64,000 bases of DNA from contig JANMLN010000192.1 in assembly GCA_031372565.1 (NCBI GenBank), positions 1 to 64,000 on the forward strand. The letters are read 5' to 3'. A program made the translations under genes and the position numbers. Within the stretch, counting starts at the first letter, position 1; each line of letters opens with the position of its first letter. Below, one piece after another: positions 1-9,724 of the stretch. The notes under the pieces were generated by a model. That model searched no databases and was not told where the DNA came from. It worked only from the letters and a program-made list of their open reading frames with translations. The DNA comes from Gemmatimonadota bacterium. GTDB taxonomy: Bacteria; Gemmatimonadota; Gemmatimonadetes; Gemmatimonadales; Gemmatimonadaceae.

Positions 1-8
1 GCTCTACG

Positions 9-74
9 CCTGAGCGAAGCGACGGACCTGCTTTTCGCGAGAGACGCGGGTCCTTCGATTTGCTCAGCACGACA
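9..74. repeat. REP-like palindromic repeat, degenerate copy 1
   Basis: cctgagcgaagcgacggacctgc...gcgggtccttcgatttgctcagcacgac matches the element at 39153, 40043, 42578 and 62680; it overlaps the photolyase stop codon. Confidence 0.7.
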
Positions 75-1689
75 GCGGGGGGGTGCGGAAGAACGCTCCC
101 GGCGCCTCCCACGGCACCTCCGAGCGGAACGCATCCGCCGCGCGCCGCAGCTGCACCAGCTCCCCGGCGGGGATCCGGTCGAGATTGCGGATCATCATCG
201 CCATGCGCGGGTGATTCGCGAACCGCTCGCGGTGCCGCGCGAGGAAATCCCAGTAAAGGATGTTCACCGGGCAGGCGTCCTCGCCGCTCTTGCGCGACAC
301 GTCGTACGAGCAACTAGAACAATAGTTGCTCATGCGGTTGATGTACGCCCCGCTCGCCACGTACGGCTTCGACGCCATCACGCCGCCATCGCCCCAGGTG
401 CCCATGCCGACCACGTTGGGCAGCTCCACCCACTCGTACGCATCGGTGAAGCCGGCCCAGAACCAGCGCGAGAGTGCTTCCGGGGTGACGCCGAGCAACG
501 TGGCGATGTTGGCCTGCACCATGAGACGCGGGATGTGGTGCACGCGGCCATGATCGCGGACCGACCGCACCGTGTCGGCCAAACAGTGCATCCGGCAGGC
601 CCCGTGGCTGCCCGTGCCAGCGTAGCCTGCTTCGCCGTCGGGGGCCCAGAACCAGAGCGGTAGCGTGCGGTCCGCGCCCAGCGCATTGGCGGTGCGCAGC
701 CCCGGCATGAGCCGCCAGTAGATGCCACGCACGAACTCCCGCCAGCCGAGGATTTGGCGAATGAACCCCTCGGCGCTCGCGAGCGGTACCGCGCCGGCGC
801 GATACGCGCGCTCGGCCCGCCGCACGACTTCGAGCGGATGCAGCAGCCCGACGTTGAGCGCGGAGGAGAGGGTGGAGTGCAGCAGGTCGGTCTCGCCCGC
901 CTGCATCGCGTCCTCGTAGGGGCCGAACTCGGGCAGTCGTTCGGTGATGAACCGTTCGAGCAAAGTGAGCGCGTCGGCCCGGGTGACGGGCAGGCTGAAC
1001 CCCTCGACCGAGCCCCATCGCCCCGACCAGCGCGCGACCTGGGCCATGACGTCGCGGGTGAGCGCGTCGGGAGTGAAGGTCAGGCGCGTCGGCGCTCCGC
1101 GCCCCTTGGGCCACGGCTTCCGGTTCTCCGCGTCGAAGTTCCAGGTGCCGCCGGTGGGCGTGCCGTCGGGCTCCATGAGGACGCCGTGCGTGCGGCGCAG
1201 CTCCCGATAGAACCACTCCATGCGCATCTCCTTGCGCCCCTCAGCCCACGCGTCGAAGGTGGCGCGAGGCGCGATGAACCCCGGATCCTCGCGTCGCTCG
1301 AACGAGATGCCGGCCTCGTTCAGGCGTGGCGCGAGTCGCGTGAACTCCTCGAGCAGCTGCCACTCGCGCGGTTCCGACGCCACGACGCGCCGCGCGCCAT
1401 GCTCGCGCGCCGACTCGACGATCGCCTCTTCGTACGTGGTGGCGATGCGATGATCCACCCGGTAGCCGGCCGCGCGCAGCTCAGCCGCGAAGTGACGCAT
1501 CGTGCTGAGAATGAGCACCAGCTTCTGTCGATGCCACGGCAGCTCGGCGCCCTTGGTGACCGATTCGACCAGCAGGACGACGACATCGGGACGCGGCGTG
1601 CGCGGAATGCGCGCCACGGCACGCGAGCATTCCCATGGCGCGATGAAGGTGACGGTCGGGCGCTGGGGACGTGCCACGCTGGTGTTCAC
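64..1689 (-). CDS. Cryptochrome/photolyase family protein, FeS-BCP ((6-4) photolyase PhrB/CryB-like)
   Basis: HRQKLVLILSTMRHFA, RMEWFYR, GGTWNFDAENR, FGPYEDAM, RQILGWRE, HHIPRLM, DAYEWVELPNV and KPYVASGAYINRMSNYCSSC..ACP motifs; four Cys for a 4Fe-4S cluster; GTG start. Confidence 0.92.
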   Translation of the reverse strand: MNTSVARPQRPTVTFIAPWECSRAVARIPRTPRPDVVVLLVESVTKGAELPWHRQKLVLILSTMRHFAAELRAAGYRVDHRIATTYEEAIVESAREHGARRVVASEPREWQLLEEFTRLAPRLNEAGISFERREDPGFIAPRATFDAWAEGRKEMRMEWFYRELRRTHGVLMEPDGTPTGGTWNFDAENRKPWPKGRGAPTRLTFTPDALTRDVMAQVARWSGRWGSVEGFSLPVTRADALTLLERFITERLPEFGPYEDAMQAGETDLLHSTLSSALNVGLLHPLEVVRRAERAYRAGAVPLASAEGFIRQILGWREFVRGIYWRLMPGLRTANALGADRTLPLWFWAPDGEAGYAGTGSHGACRMHCLADTVRSVRDHGRVHHIPRLMVQANIATLLGVTPEALSRWFWAGFTDAYEWVELPNVVGMGTWGDGGVMASKPYVASGAYINRMSNYCSSCSYDVSRKSGEDACPVNILYWDFLARHRERFANHPRMAMMIRNLDRIPAGELVQLRRAADAFRSEVPWEAPGAFFRTPPLSC

Positions 1690-1697
1690 CCCGTATC

Positions 1698-3410
1698 ATG
1701 ACCCGGATGCGACGAATCGTTCCCGCTTTCGTGCTGGCGGCCCTGGGGGCGGTGCAGCCCTCCGCGCTCTCGGCGCAACGGGTGGTGGGCCGCGTGCTCG
1801 AGTCGGACGGCCGGACGGGGATCACCGGCGTGGTCGTGTCGCTGGTGCAGGATTCGCTGCGCGTGGCGCCGGTGCTCTCGGGCGCAGATGGGAGATTTGC
1901 CCTGCGGGCGCCGGGTCCGGGGGTGTGGGTGGTGCGCGCCGACGCGATCGGGCGCGCATCGCAGCAGTCGACGGCGCTCGCGCTCGCGGCAACCGATACC
2001 GCGCGCGTGGAGCTGCGCTTTCCCCCGTTCGCGCCGACGCTCGATGCCGTGCGCGTGGTGGCGGAGCGCAGCTGTCGGCTGCGACCGGACGACGGCGACC
2101 GGATGGCCGAGGTGTGGCAGGCGATTCGGACGGCGCTCGAGGCCAGCAGCGCGACCGAGCGGGAGCGGCGGACGCCGCTGGAGCTCGAGGTCACGGACTA
2201 CCGGCTCGACCTGTTCAAGCAGCGCACGAGCGCCATGAAGCTGACGCTCCGCAGTTGGAGCGGCGCGGGGTTCCTGTCAGCGCCTCCGGACGAGCTGGTG
2301 GCCCGCGGCTACGTGCGGCAGGTGGGGGATTCGGTGGCGTACTTCGCGCCGGACGCGAGCGTGATCACGTCGCCCTCGTTTCTGGCCACGCACTGCTTTC
2401 GCGTGGAGGAACGGGCGCCGATGTTCGGGGCGCGCCAGGTCGGGCTGAGCTTCCAACCGCTCACGACGCAGGCCGTGGGCGATGTGCGCGGCACGCTCTG
2501 GCTCGACGCGCAGAGCGCGGCGCTCCGCAAGCTGGAACTTGAGTACGTGGTGCCGGGGCGCACGTCGAGCTTGCCCAATGCGGACGCGAGCATCGAGTAC
2601 GCGCGCCTCCCGAACGGGCGCTGGTTCGTGTCGCGGTGGATGCTCAACATGCCGGTGGTCCGCGAGATCGGGCCTGCGGTGGACGGCATCGCCTCTGTGG
2701 CCTTCTCGGGGTGGCGCTCGCGCGAAGGGTTGGCGCGCGCCATGAGCCTGCGCGATGCGCAGCGGTTGGCGCCGCCGGCGGTCGTCATGGGTCGTGCGAT
2801 CGACAGCACAACGGGGGCGCCGATCGCCAAGGCGCGCGTGGTGCTCGAAGGGGTGGGCAGCACGGACACGGACTCGCTCGGGCAGTATCGGTTTGAGGTG
2901 CGGGACCCGTTCAGCATTCCGCTGCCGACGTCACTCTCGCTCGAGTCGCCGCGCGCCGGGGCGCTGGGGCTCGCGGCCCCGGTCCGCGAACTGGCGGTGG
3001 TGGCCGGGGACAGTGTGCGCGCCGACTTGTCGATTCCCGCCCCCGAGCGGGTACGCGACGCGCTGTGTGCAGTTGGCGGCGGCGCGAAAGTTCGTGGCGG
3101 GGTCGTTGTTGGTTTCGCCAAACTCGGAGAATATGGATCAGAGTTCCAAAATGACCTGAAAGTGGCGCTGTTATACGCTATTACTGACGCTAAATCACTC
3201 GATGATTCTGAACGAGCGATTCGACCCAGACCGGTGCGTGTGACCGCAGGCGGGCGCTTCGTGCTGTGCGGTGTACCGACCACCGGGTCGGCCTCCGTGC
3301 GCGTCACGTGGGGCGACGGTCGACACCACGATCACCCGCTCCCCGCCACCCGTGGTGCGCTCTCCGAGGTCCGCGTGGTTGTGCCGGCGGCGCTGCTGGA
3401 GTCGCCGTGA
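1698..3410 (+). CDS. Exported protein with carboxypeptidase-regulatory-like (transthyretin-like beta-sandwich) domains, paralog A
   Basis: Signal peptide ending ALSA-Q; GRVLE..GVVVSL..DGRF.L, YFAPDA..F...HCF and GRFVLCGVP motifs; start may be 1698 or 1707. Confidence 0.75.
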   Translation: MTRMRRIVPAFVLAALGAVQPSALSAQRVVGRVLESDGRTGITGVVVSLVQDSLRVAPVLSGADGRFALRAPGPGVWVVRADAIGRASQQSTALALAATDTARVELRFPPFAPTLDAVRVVAERSCRLRPDDGDRMAEVWQAIRTALEASSATERERRTPLELEVTDYRLDLFKQRTSAMKLTLRSWSGAGFLSAPPDELVARGYVRQVGDSVAYFAPDASVITSPSFLATHCFRVEERAPMFGARQVGLSFQPLTTQAVGDVRGTLWLDAQSAALRKLELEYVVPGRTSSLPNADASIEYARLPNGRWFVSRWMLNMPVVREIGPAVDGIASVAFSGWRSREGLARAMSLRDAQRLAPPAVVMGRAIDSTTGAPIAKARVVLEGVGSTDTDSLGQYRFEVRDPFSIPLPTSLSLESPRAGALGLAAPVRELAVVAGDSVRADLSIPAPERVRDALCAVGGGAKVRGGVVVGFAKLGEYGSEFQNDLKVALLYAITDAKSLDDSERAIRPRPVRVTAGGRFVLCGVPTTGSASVRVTWGDGRHHDHPLPATRGALSEVRVVVPAALLESP

Positions 3411-5152
3411 CTCGTCGAGCGCCGCTGCCCCTCCACCGCGCTGCCCGTGCGGTCGCCACCCTGGCCGTGCTCAGCTGGGCGGCGGTGCCCGTGCGCGCCC
3501 AGGTCGTCCGCGGACGCGTGACCGAGGCCGACGGCCGCACCCCGGTCACGGGCGTGGTCGTCTCGCTCGTGCGCGGTGCCACGCGCGCGAGCCCTGCGCT
3601 GACTGCCGAAGACGGGTCGTTTCTGCTTCGGGCACCGGAACCGGGTGACTGGCGCGTGCGGGCCGACGCCGTCGGGTACGCCAGCGTGCTGGCCGGGCCC
3701 TTTGCGCTGCAGGTCGGAGACACGGCCCAGGCCGAGGTGCGGATGACCGATCGGGCCCAGGCGCTCGCGGCGGTGCGCATCGAGGGCGAAACGCGCTGTC
3801 AGCAGAACCCGCAGGATGGGCTGCGCACGGCACGCATCTGGGAGTCGATTCGCACCGCGCTCGATGCCAGCCGCGCGACCGAGCGCGAGCGCCGCACCCC
3901 GCTTGAGTTGCTCATTGCCGATCACCTGCTCGACATGGCGGGGCGCCGTCGCACCTCGCGCCGCATGACCGCCCGCAGTTGGAGCGGCGCCGGGTTTGAG
4001 TCACTCCCGGCGGAGGATCTCGCGGCCAACGGCTACATCCGCACCTCGGGCGATTCGGTCGACTACTTCGCCCCCGATGCGACCGTGCTCACGTCCAGCA
4101 GCTTTCTCGACGCGCATTGCTTTCGCGCCACCGAGCGCAAGCCGCTGTTCGGTCGGCGCGAGATCGGCCTCGCCTTCGAGCCACGCGCGGGTCACACGGT
4201 TCCCGATGTCGAAGGGAGCATCTGGCTCGACGCGGAGACGTCGCGCTTGAGGCAGATCGAACTCGCCTTTCGTGTCCCCGGGCGCGAGAGCCCGCTGCCG
4301 CTGGGGGGCGCGCGCATCGAGTACGAGCGGCTGCCGAACGGTCGCTGGTACGTCTCGCGCTGGTCGCTCCGCATGCCGATCCTGCGCGAGATCAAGGATG
4401 CGGCCACCGGGAGCACACGGCAGGTGTTGCTGGGCGGCCGCGAACGCGAGGGCGAAACCCGCGTGCTCACCGGGCGCGATACGCTCACCGCGCCGCGACC
4501 GGCCCTGCTCGCGGGACGCGCCTTTGACAGCACGACGGGGCGTCCGTTGGTGCGCACCGTGGTCCGCCTCGCGGGGGTTGGCGACGCGCTCACCGACGCC
4601 GATGGCCGCTACCGGTTCGCGCTGAACGACGCGCGCCTCGTCCCCTTTCCGGCGACGCTCACCCTCTTGGCGCCGCGCGCGGAAGATCTGGGCCTGCCGC
4701 CGCTCACGCACGAGGTCACGCTGGCCCCCGGAGACACGCTGCGTCGCGACTTCGCCATTCCATCGTTCGCACGCGTGCGCAACGCACTCTGTAGCGCGCT
4801 CGGCGACTCCGTGGCGACCAAGCGCCTGTGGGCGGGGGCGCTCGTCGGCAAGGTGATCGTCGACGAGACGCTGGCGCGCGTGGCCGATGCCACCGTGCGC
4901 GCCGAATGGGGGATCGACCTCGGCGCCGTGCCGTCCGATGGACGGCGCGGAGGCGTCCGTGCGCGCCAGGCGGTGGCCGATGCGAACGGCCGCTATGTGC
5001 TGTGCGGCCTGCCGTATGACGTGACGATCACCGTGACCGCGCAAGCGGGGAGCACGGTGGGTCCACCGATCGAAGTACGCCTGGTCGACGGGTGGATCGG
5101 TGAAGAGACGCTCTCCGTGCCGAACCTCGGGGCCCGACCGCCCGAGCGCTGA
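3407..5152 (+). CDS. Exported carboxypeptidase-regulatory-like domain protein, paralog B
   Basis: GTGA overlap with the upstream stop; signal peptide ending VRA-Q; colinear similarity to paralog A (ERERRTPLEL, RSWSGAGF, YFAPDA, RLPNGRW, LCG). Confidence 0.75.
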   Translation: MTRRAPLPLHRAARAVATLAVLSWAAVPVRAQVVRGRVTEADGRTPVTGVVVSLVRGATRASPALTAEDGSFLLRAPEPGDWRVRADAVGYASVLAGPFALQVGDTAQAEVRMTDRAQALAAVRIEGETRCQQNPQDGLRTARIWESIRTALDASRATERERRTPLELLIADHLLDMAGRRRTSRRMTARSWSGAGFESLPAEDLAANGYIRTSGDSVDYFAPDATVLTSSSFLDAHCFRATERKPLFGRREIGLAFEPRAGHTVPDVEGSIWLDAETSRLRQIELAFRVPGRESPLPLGGARIEYERLPNGRWYVSRWSLRMPILREIKDAATGSTRQVLLGGREREGETRVLTGRDTLTAPRPALLAGRAFDSTTGRPLVRTVVRLAGVGDALTDADGRYRFALNDARLVPFPATLTLLAPRAEDLGLPPLTHEVTLAPGDTLRRDFAIPSFARVRNALCSALGDSVATKRLWAGALVGKVIVDETLARVADATVRAEWGIDLGAVPSDGRRGGVRARQAVADANGRYVLCGLPYDVTITVTAQAGSTVGPPIEVRLVDGWIGEETLSVPNLGARPPER

Positions 5153-5175
5153 GGAGCGCCGGAGCGGTTGATCGC

Positions 5176-7188
5176 CTACGCGCGCATCAGCGACTTGGCC
5201 CGCTCACACACCTTCTCGACGGTGATGCCGAACTGGCGATAGAGCTCCTGATATGGGGCACTCGCGCCGAACCGTTCGATGCCGATGATCGCGCCGTTGT
5301 CACCAACCCACCGATGCCAGCTCATGGGGTGTGCGGCCTCGATGGCAATCCGCGGCACGCCGGCCGGCAGCAGGGCACTCCGTGCACTCGGTGACTGCGC
5401 CGCGAGCAATTCCATTGACGGCACGCTCACCACGCGCGCGCGAATGTTCTCCTTGGCAAGCCGGGCCTGCGCATCCACGGCAATGCTCACTTCGGACCCC
5501 GACGCCATGAGGACGACCTGCGGGGCGCCACCGTCGGCGTCACGCAAGACATAGGCGCCCTGCTGTGCGCCCGCGACCGCATTGAAGCCCGCCGACCGAT
5601 CGAAGCACGGCAGCTTCTGGCGCGTGAGCACGATGGCCACCGGGCCCGTCGTGTGGGCAATGGCCGTGCGCCACGCTTCGCTCACTTCGTTCGCGTCGGC
5701 CGGGCGCAGCACGAGCAGGTTCGGAATGATGCGCAGCGACGCGAGGTGCTCCACGGGCTGGTGCGTCGGGCCGTCCTCGCCCAAGCCGATCGAGTCGTGC
5801 GTGAACACGTAGATCGCGCGCACCCCCATGAGCGCCGCGAGGCGAATGGCGGGGCGCATGTAATCGGCGAACACCAGGAAGGTGCCGCCATACGGGATGA
5901 AGCCGCCGTGCAGGACGAGGCCATTGAGGATGGCTCCCATGCCGAACTCACGGATGCCGAAGTGCAGGTTGCGTCCGGCAGGCGTTGCCCGCGTGAACTT
6001 GGGCACATCCTTGAGCATCGTGAGGTTCGACCCGGCGAGATCGGCCGAGCCGCCGATCAGTTCGGGCAACGCGGGCGCGATGGCATTGAGCACGATGCCG
6101 CTCGCGTTGCGACTGGCGATCGCGCCCGACTCCGGCGTGAAGCTCGGCAGGAGCGCCTCCCACCCGGCGGGCAGCGTGCCGGCCCAGCGGCGCTCGAGCT
6201 CGGTGGCCTCACCCGGGAACGCGGCGCGGTACGCCTCGAATGCGGCCTTCCACTGGTCCTGCATCGCGGTGCCACGCGTCCGTGCTTCGCGCATGTGGGC
6301 GAGCGCGTCGTCGGGAATGAAAAACGGTTCGGTGCTCGGCCAGTCGTACGCAGCCTTGGTCAGCGCAATCTCGCTGGTGCCGAGCGGCTCGCCGTGCGCC
6401 TTGGCGGTGTCCTGCTTGTTGGGCGACCCGAAGCCGATGTGCGAGCGGGTGACGATGAGCGTCGGTCGTGCGGGATCGGCCTTGGCCGCGGCAATGGCCG
6501 CGTCGATCGCCTCGAGATCGTTGGCATCGGCGATGTGCAGCACCTGCCAGCCGAGCGCGGCAAAGCGCGCGCCCTGATCGTCGGAGCAGGTGAGATCGAC
6601 GGCGCCGTCGATGGTGATCCGGTTGTCGTCCCAGAAGACGATGAGGCGGCCCAGGCCGAAGTGTCCGGCAAAGCTCGCGGCCTCGTGGGAGACGCCTTCC
6701 ATGAGGTCGCCATCGCCGGCAATCACATAGGTCCAGTGGCGCACCACCGCATGACCGTCGCGATTGAACGTGGCGGCGAGGTTGGCTTCGGCCATCGCCA
6801 GACCGACGGCCGTGGCGAGTCCCTGGCCGAGCGGGCCGGTCGTGGTTTCGACACCGGGGGTGTGGCCGACTTCGGGATGGCCCGGCGTGGGGCTTCCCCA
6901 CTGACGGAAGTTCTTGAGGTCCGCGAGCGAGAGCGCGTAGCCCGTGAGGTGCAGCAGGGCGTACTGCAGCATGCTGGCGTGGCCCGCCGAGAGCACGAAG
7001 CGATCGCGGTCGGGCCAGTGCGGGTCCGCCGGATTGTGGCGGAGGTGCTTGGTGTAGAGGCGATACCCGAGTGGCGCGAGCGCCATCGGGGTGCCTGGGT
7101 GGCCGGACTCTGCCTTCTGCACCGCATCCATCGCGAGGGTGCGGACGGTGTTGATGCAGAGAAGGTCGAGTGACGTCTGGGTGGCCAT
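5176..7188 (-). CDS. tkt: Transketolase
   Basis: [34 protein letters not shown] (TPP-binding), GIREFGM and [15 protein letters not shown] motifs. Confidence 0.98.
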   Translation of the reverse strand: MATQTSLDLLCINTVRTLAMDAVQKAESGHPGTPMALAPLGYRLYTKHLRHNPADPHWPDRDRFVLSAGHASMLQYALLHLTGYALSLADLKNFRQWGSPTPGHPEVGHTPGVETTTGPLGQGLATAVGLAMAEANLAATFNRDGHAVVRHWTYVIAGDGDLMEGVSHEAASFAGHFGLGRLIVFWDDNRITIDGAVDLTCSDDQGARFAALGWQVLHIADANDLEAIDAAIAAAKADPARPTLIVTRSHIGFGSPNKQDTAKAHGEPLGTSEIALTKAAYDWPSTEPFFIPDDALAHMREARTRGTAMQDQWKAAFEAYRAAFPGEATELERRWAGTLPAGWEALLPSFTPESGAIASRNASGIVLNAIAPALPELIGGSADLAGSNLTMLKDVPKFTRATPAGRNLHFGIREFGMGAILNGLVLHGGFIPYGGTFLVFADYMRPAIRLAALMGVRAIYVFTHDSIGLGEDGPTHQPVEHLASLRIIPNLLVLRPADANEVSEAWRTAIAHTTGPVAIVLTRQKLPCFDRSAGFNAVAGAQQGAYVLRDADGGAPQVVLMASGSEVSIAVDAQARLAKENIRARVVSVPSMELLAAQSPSARSALLPAGVPRIAIEAAHPMSWHRWVGDNGAIIGIERFGASAPYQELYRQFGITVEKVCERAKSLMRA

Positions 7189-7234
7189 GCGGGAGGCGCG
7201 CCCCTCTTTCGATTGCGAGGACGAATGCAGCGAA

Positions 7235-7402
7235 CTAGCGGATCAACTCCTCGATCTCGGCGGCCTTGCAGTTCTTCTCGTGGCCAGGGTACGCGTGGCC
7301 GCAGTGCAGGCAGTGCTCACCGAAACCGGTGCGCTTCCAGATGAGGTAATACATGGCGCGCTGGAGGTTCGCGATCTTCTTGTCGGTATCAGGCGTGCTC
7401 AT
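7235..7402 (-). CDS. 55-aa hypothetical microprotein with a C-x2-C-x6-H-x3-C motif
   Basis: Translated by hand: [62 protein letters not shown] 7 nt upstream; GC3-rich codons; below the ORF-track cutoff. Confidence 0.75.
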   Translation of the reverse strand: MSTPDTDKKIANLQRAMYYLIWKRTGFGEHCLHCGHAYPGHEKNCKAAEIEELIR

Positions 7403-7541
7403 GCGGGGACTCCGGGGCGGTGGTGGGGCGGGTGGGCCAGAGCGACGCGCTCGGAACGTCCAAGACGGCGTCGGAGCGGCGACGAGTAAGGTATCGGTCG
7501 GGGGCGCGCTTCGCGATGCCTGCGGGAGCGGGACCTGCCCG

Positions 7542-9584
7542 TCAGGCCGGGCGGGTACGCGCCATCATCCGTTCGGTCAGGACGGTCGTCACCGCCATGA
7601 TCGTCTCTTGCGGGTTCACGCCGAGCGCCGTGGGCAGGAACGACCCGTCGAGGACGTAGAGCCCGCGCACGCCGTGCCGCTCGCCGTCCGGGGTGACGCC
7701 GCTCGTGCGCGGATCGGTGCCCATGCGCGCCGTGCCGTTCACATGCGCGCTGAACAGGGTCAGGTCGTTGGGCGCCGTGGACGCCGAGCGGATCTTGGCC
7801 AGGTCGGCTTCGGTGCGCACCCGCACGGGGGAGGTGTGCAGGGTGACGGCTTCGCGGGCGCCATTGGCCAGGTGCAGCCGAGCCGCAGCCACGATCCCTT
7901 CGGTCACGTGCTTGGCGTCGGCCGCGCCGAGGGTGTAGCGGATGTCGCTGCCGCTCTCGCCGCGCGGCTTGACGCTGCCGTTGGAGCGCTCGCGGTCAGC
8001 ACCGTCGCGGGTGAGCGCGATGATCGTGCCGACGTTCCGGAACTGCGTCATGAACTGGCGATGCTCCGCGCCGTACCCGGCCGTGGCGGCCGAGGCGATG
8101 GACGGGTGCATGGGCGGATTCTCGATCCAGAAGCCGTACCCGTTCGGGTCCGACTGGCTGAATTCGTCGCAGATGCTGGAAAGCGGGATGCCGGCGGCGC
8201 CGTACATCTCGCGGTCGTAGATGGCGGAGACGGCGGTGGTGGGGTGGACGCGCAGCCACTGCCCCACGCCGCCGCCACCCAGCCCCGAGCGCTGCAGGAT
8301 GAGCGGCGTCCCGATGGCGCCGCCGCTCAGGATGACGATGCGGGCGTCGATCGTGTGCTCGCCCGTGAGCGCCCCGGTGACCGGATCTCGGCGGCGCACG
8401 GTGACGCGCTTGCGCGGCACACCGGCGCTGTCGGGGCGCACGTCGAGCTTGACCACCGACGCGTCGGCGATGAGTGTCGCCCCGGCCTTGAGCGCGCGTG
8501 GCAGCCAGACCATGAGCGCGCCCTGCTTGGCGTCGTAGCGGCACCCGGCGCTGCAGAAGCCCGATCGCACACACCCCTTGGCGTTGATCATGGCGCTGCG
8601 AGCGCGCCAACCAAGCTTGGCCGCACCGTCGAGGGTGAGGCGATTGTTGGGGGAGTGCGCCTCGTCGGGGACGACCCGCGCGTGCACCTCCTGCTCGATG
8701 CGCTCGAAGACCGGGCGCATCTCGGCCGGCGACATCCCGGTGACGCCATGGCGCGCCGCCCACTCCTCGAGCACGTGGTCGGGGGTGCGCAGCATGATGA
8801 GCCAATTGACCGTCGTGCCGCCGCCCACCGTGGCGCCCTGGAAGAGCGAGACCGCCTGATCGCGCGAGGCGCGCAGTCCCTGGTCGGCGAAGAGGCGCTC
8901 GGTACCGATCGCTTCCTGCTCGTCGAAGGCGTCTCCCTGCACGAGGGAGCCCTCTTCGAGAATGGTCACCTGATAACCGGCTTCCGCGAGTCGGGCCGCC
9001 GCCACCGAGCCGCCCGCACCCGAGCCGACCACCAGCACGTCGGTGGTGGTGGGCAGTGTGTCGGCGGGCACGATGAGATGCCGCGCGCCGATCAGCGGCG
9101 GTGCTGCCATGGGATTCGCCACGCGCGCGATGGGCTCATCGTCGGACGGCGACCCGGCCATCGCGCCCTCCCACGAGACGCCCGGCGTTCGCTCGAAGAG
9201 CGGCCCGCGATACCCGATGTCGCGCTGCGCGGCCGGGGAGCCGTAGTAGGCGAAGAGCACCAGTCGGCGCACCGACTGGGCAATGGTGCGGAGGGGGGCG
9301 ACGCGCGACGCGAGCCACCCGTCGAGGAACCGGTCCTGCGCCTCGGGGGTGCGGCGGTGGAACGGCGTCGGGTTGCCCGTGGTGAGCAGCGCGGCGAGCC
9401 CCGAGCCGAAGATCGAGAAGGCGAGCGTGAGGTCGCCCGCGATCAGGGGGGGCATGCGCGCGATGCGTCGCTCGACGACGTCGGTCAGGGCGACGGCGGC
9501 CGGCCCCGGTTCGAAGGCCACAGGGACGATCCGGCGGGCGGCGGCATCGAGGGTGGCGCGCTGGCGGGCAGAGAGCGTAGTCAC
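7542..9584 (-). CDS. GMC-family FAD oxidoreductase (long-chain alcohol oxidase-like) with an N-terminal gluconate-2-DH-subunit-3-like domain
   Basis: VVGSGAGG dinucleotide motif, GATVGGGTTVN, GCVRSGFCSAGC, SAHVNGTARMG, GVNPQET. Confidence 0.9.
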   Translation of the reverse strand: MTTLSARQRATLDAAARRIVPVAFEPGPAAVALTDVVERRIARMPPLIAGDLTLAFSIFGSGLAALLTTGNPTPFHRRTPEAQDRFLDGWLASRVAPLRTIAQSVRRLVLFAYYGSPAAQRDIGYRGPLFERTPGVSWEGAMAGSPSDDEPIARVANPMAAPPLIGARHLIVPADTLPTTTDVLVVGSGAGGSVAAARLAEAGYQVTILEEGSLVQGDAFDEQEAIGTERLFADQGLRASRDQAVSLFQGATVGGGTTVNWLIMLRTPDHVLEEWAARHGVTGMSPAEMRPVFERIEQEVHARVVPDEAHSPNNRLTLDGAAKLGWRARSAMINAKGCVRSGFCSAGCRYDAKQGALMVWLPRALKAGATLIADASVVKLDVRPDSAGVPRKRVTVRRRDPVTGALTGEHTIDARIVILSGGAIGTPLILQRSGLGGGGVGQWLRVHPTTAVSAIYDREMYGAAGIPLSSICDEFSQSDPNGYGFWIENPPMHPSIASAATAGYGAEHRQFMTQFRNVGTIIALTRDGADRERSNGSVKPRGESGSDIRYTLGAADAKHVTEGIVAAARLHLANGAREAVTLHTSPVRVRTEADLAKIRSASTAPNDLTLFSAHVNGTARMGTDPRTSGVTPDGERHGVRGLYVLDGSFLPTALGVNPQETIMAVTTVLTERMMARTRPA

Positions 9585-9724
9585 GCGGGAAATCGTCGCC
9601 CGTGGAACGGCAAAAGTCCATGCCCCGCAACGGGTTCGCGAAGGCGTAACGCGCTCTTTCCGCGCCCCGTGGCAGGGGTGATATTGGCAGGGTAGGCCCC
9701 TGAGCGTCCTCTCTTCGGAGACCG

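Noticed and set aside
3088..3230. Diversity-generating retroelement variable region
   Set aside because: No reverse transcriptase or template repeat in the window; kept only as a compositional anomaly
7353..9695. Long antisense or alternate-frame ORFs (e.g. 780 aa here; also 29318-32137, 35169-37334, 37410-39221, 57101-59182, 33278-35176)
   Set aside because: Shadows of real genes in high-GC DNA: Arg/Gly/His-rich with no motifs. Only the last 49 codons of 33278-35176 (lmo0937 family) are credible.
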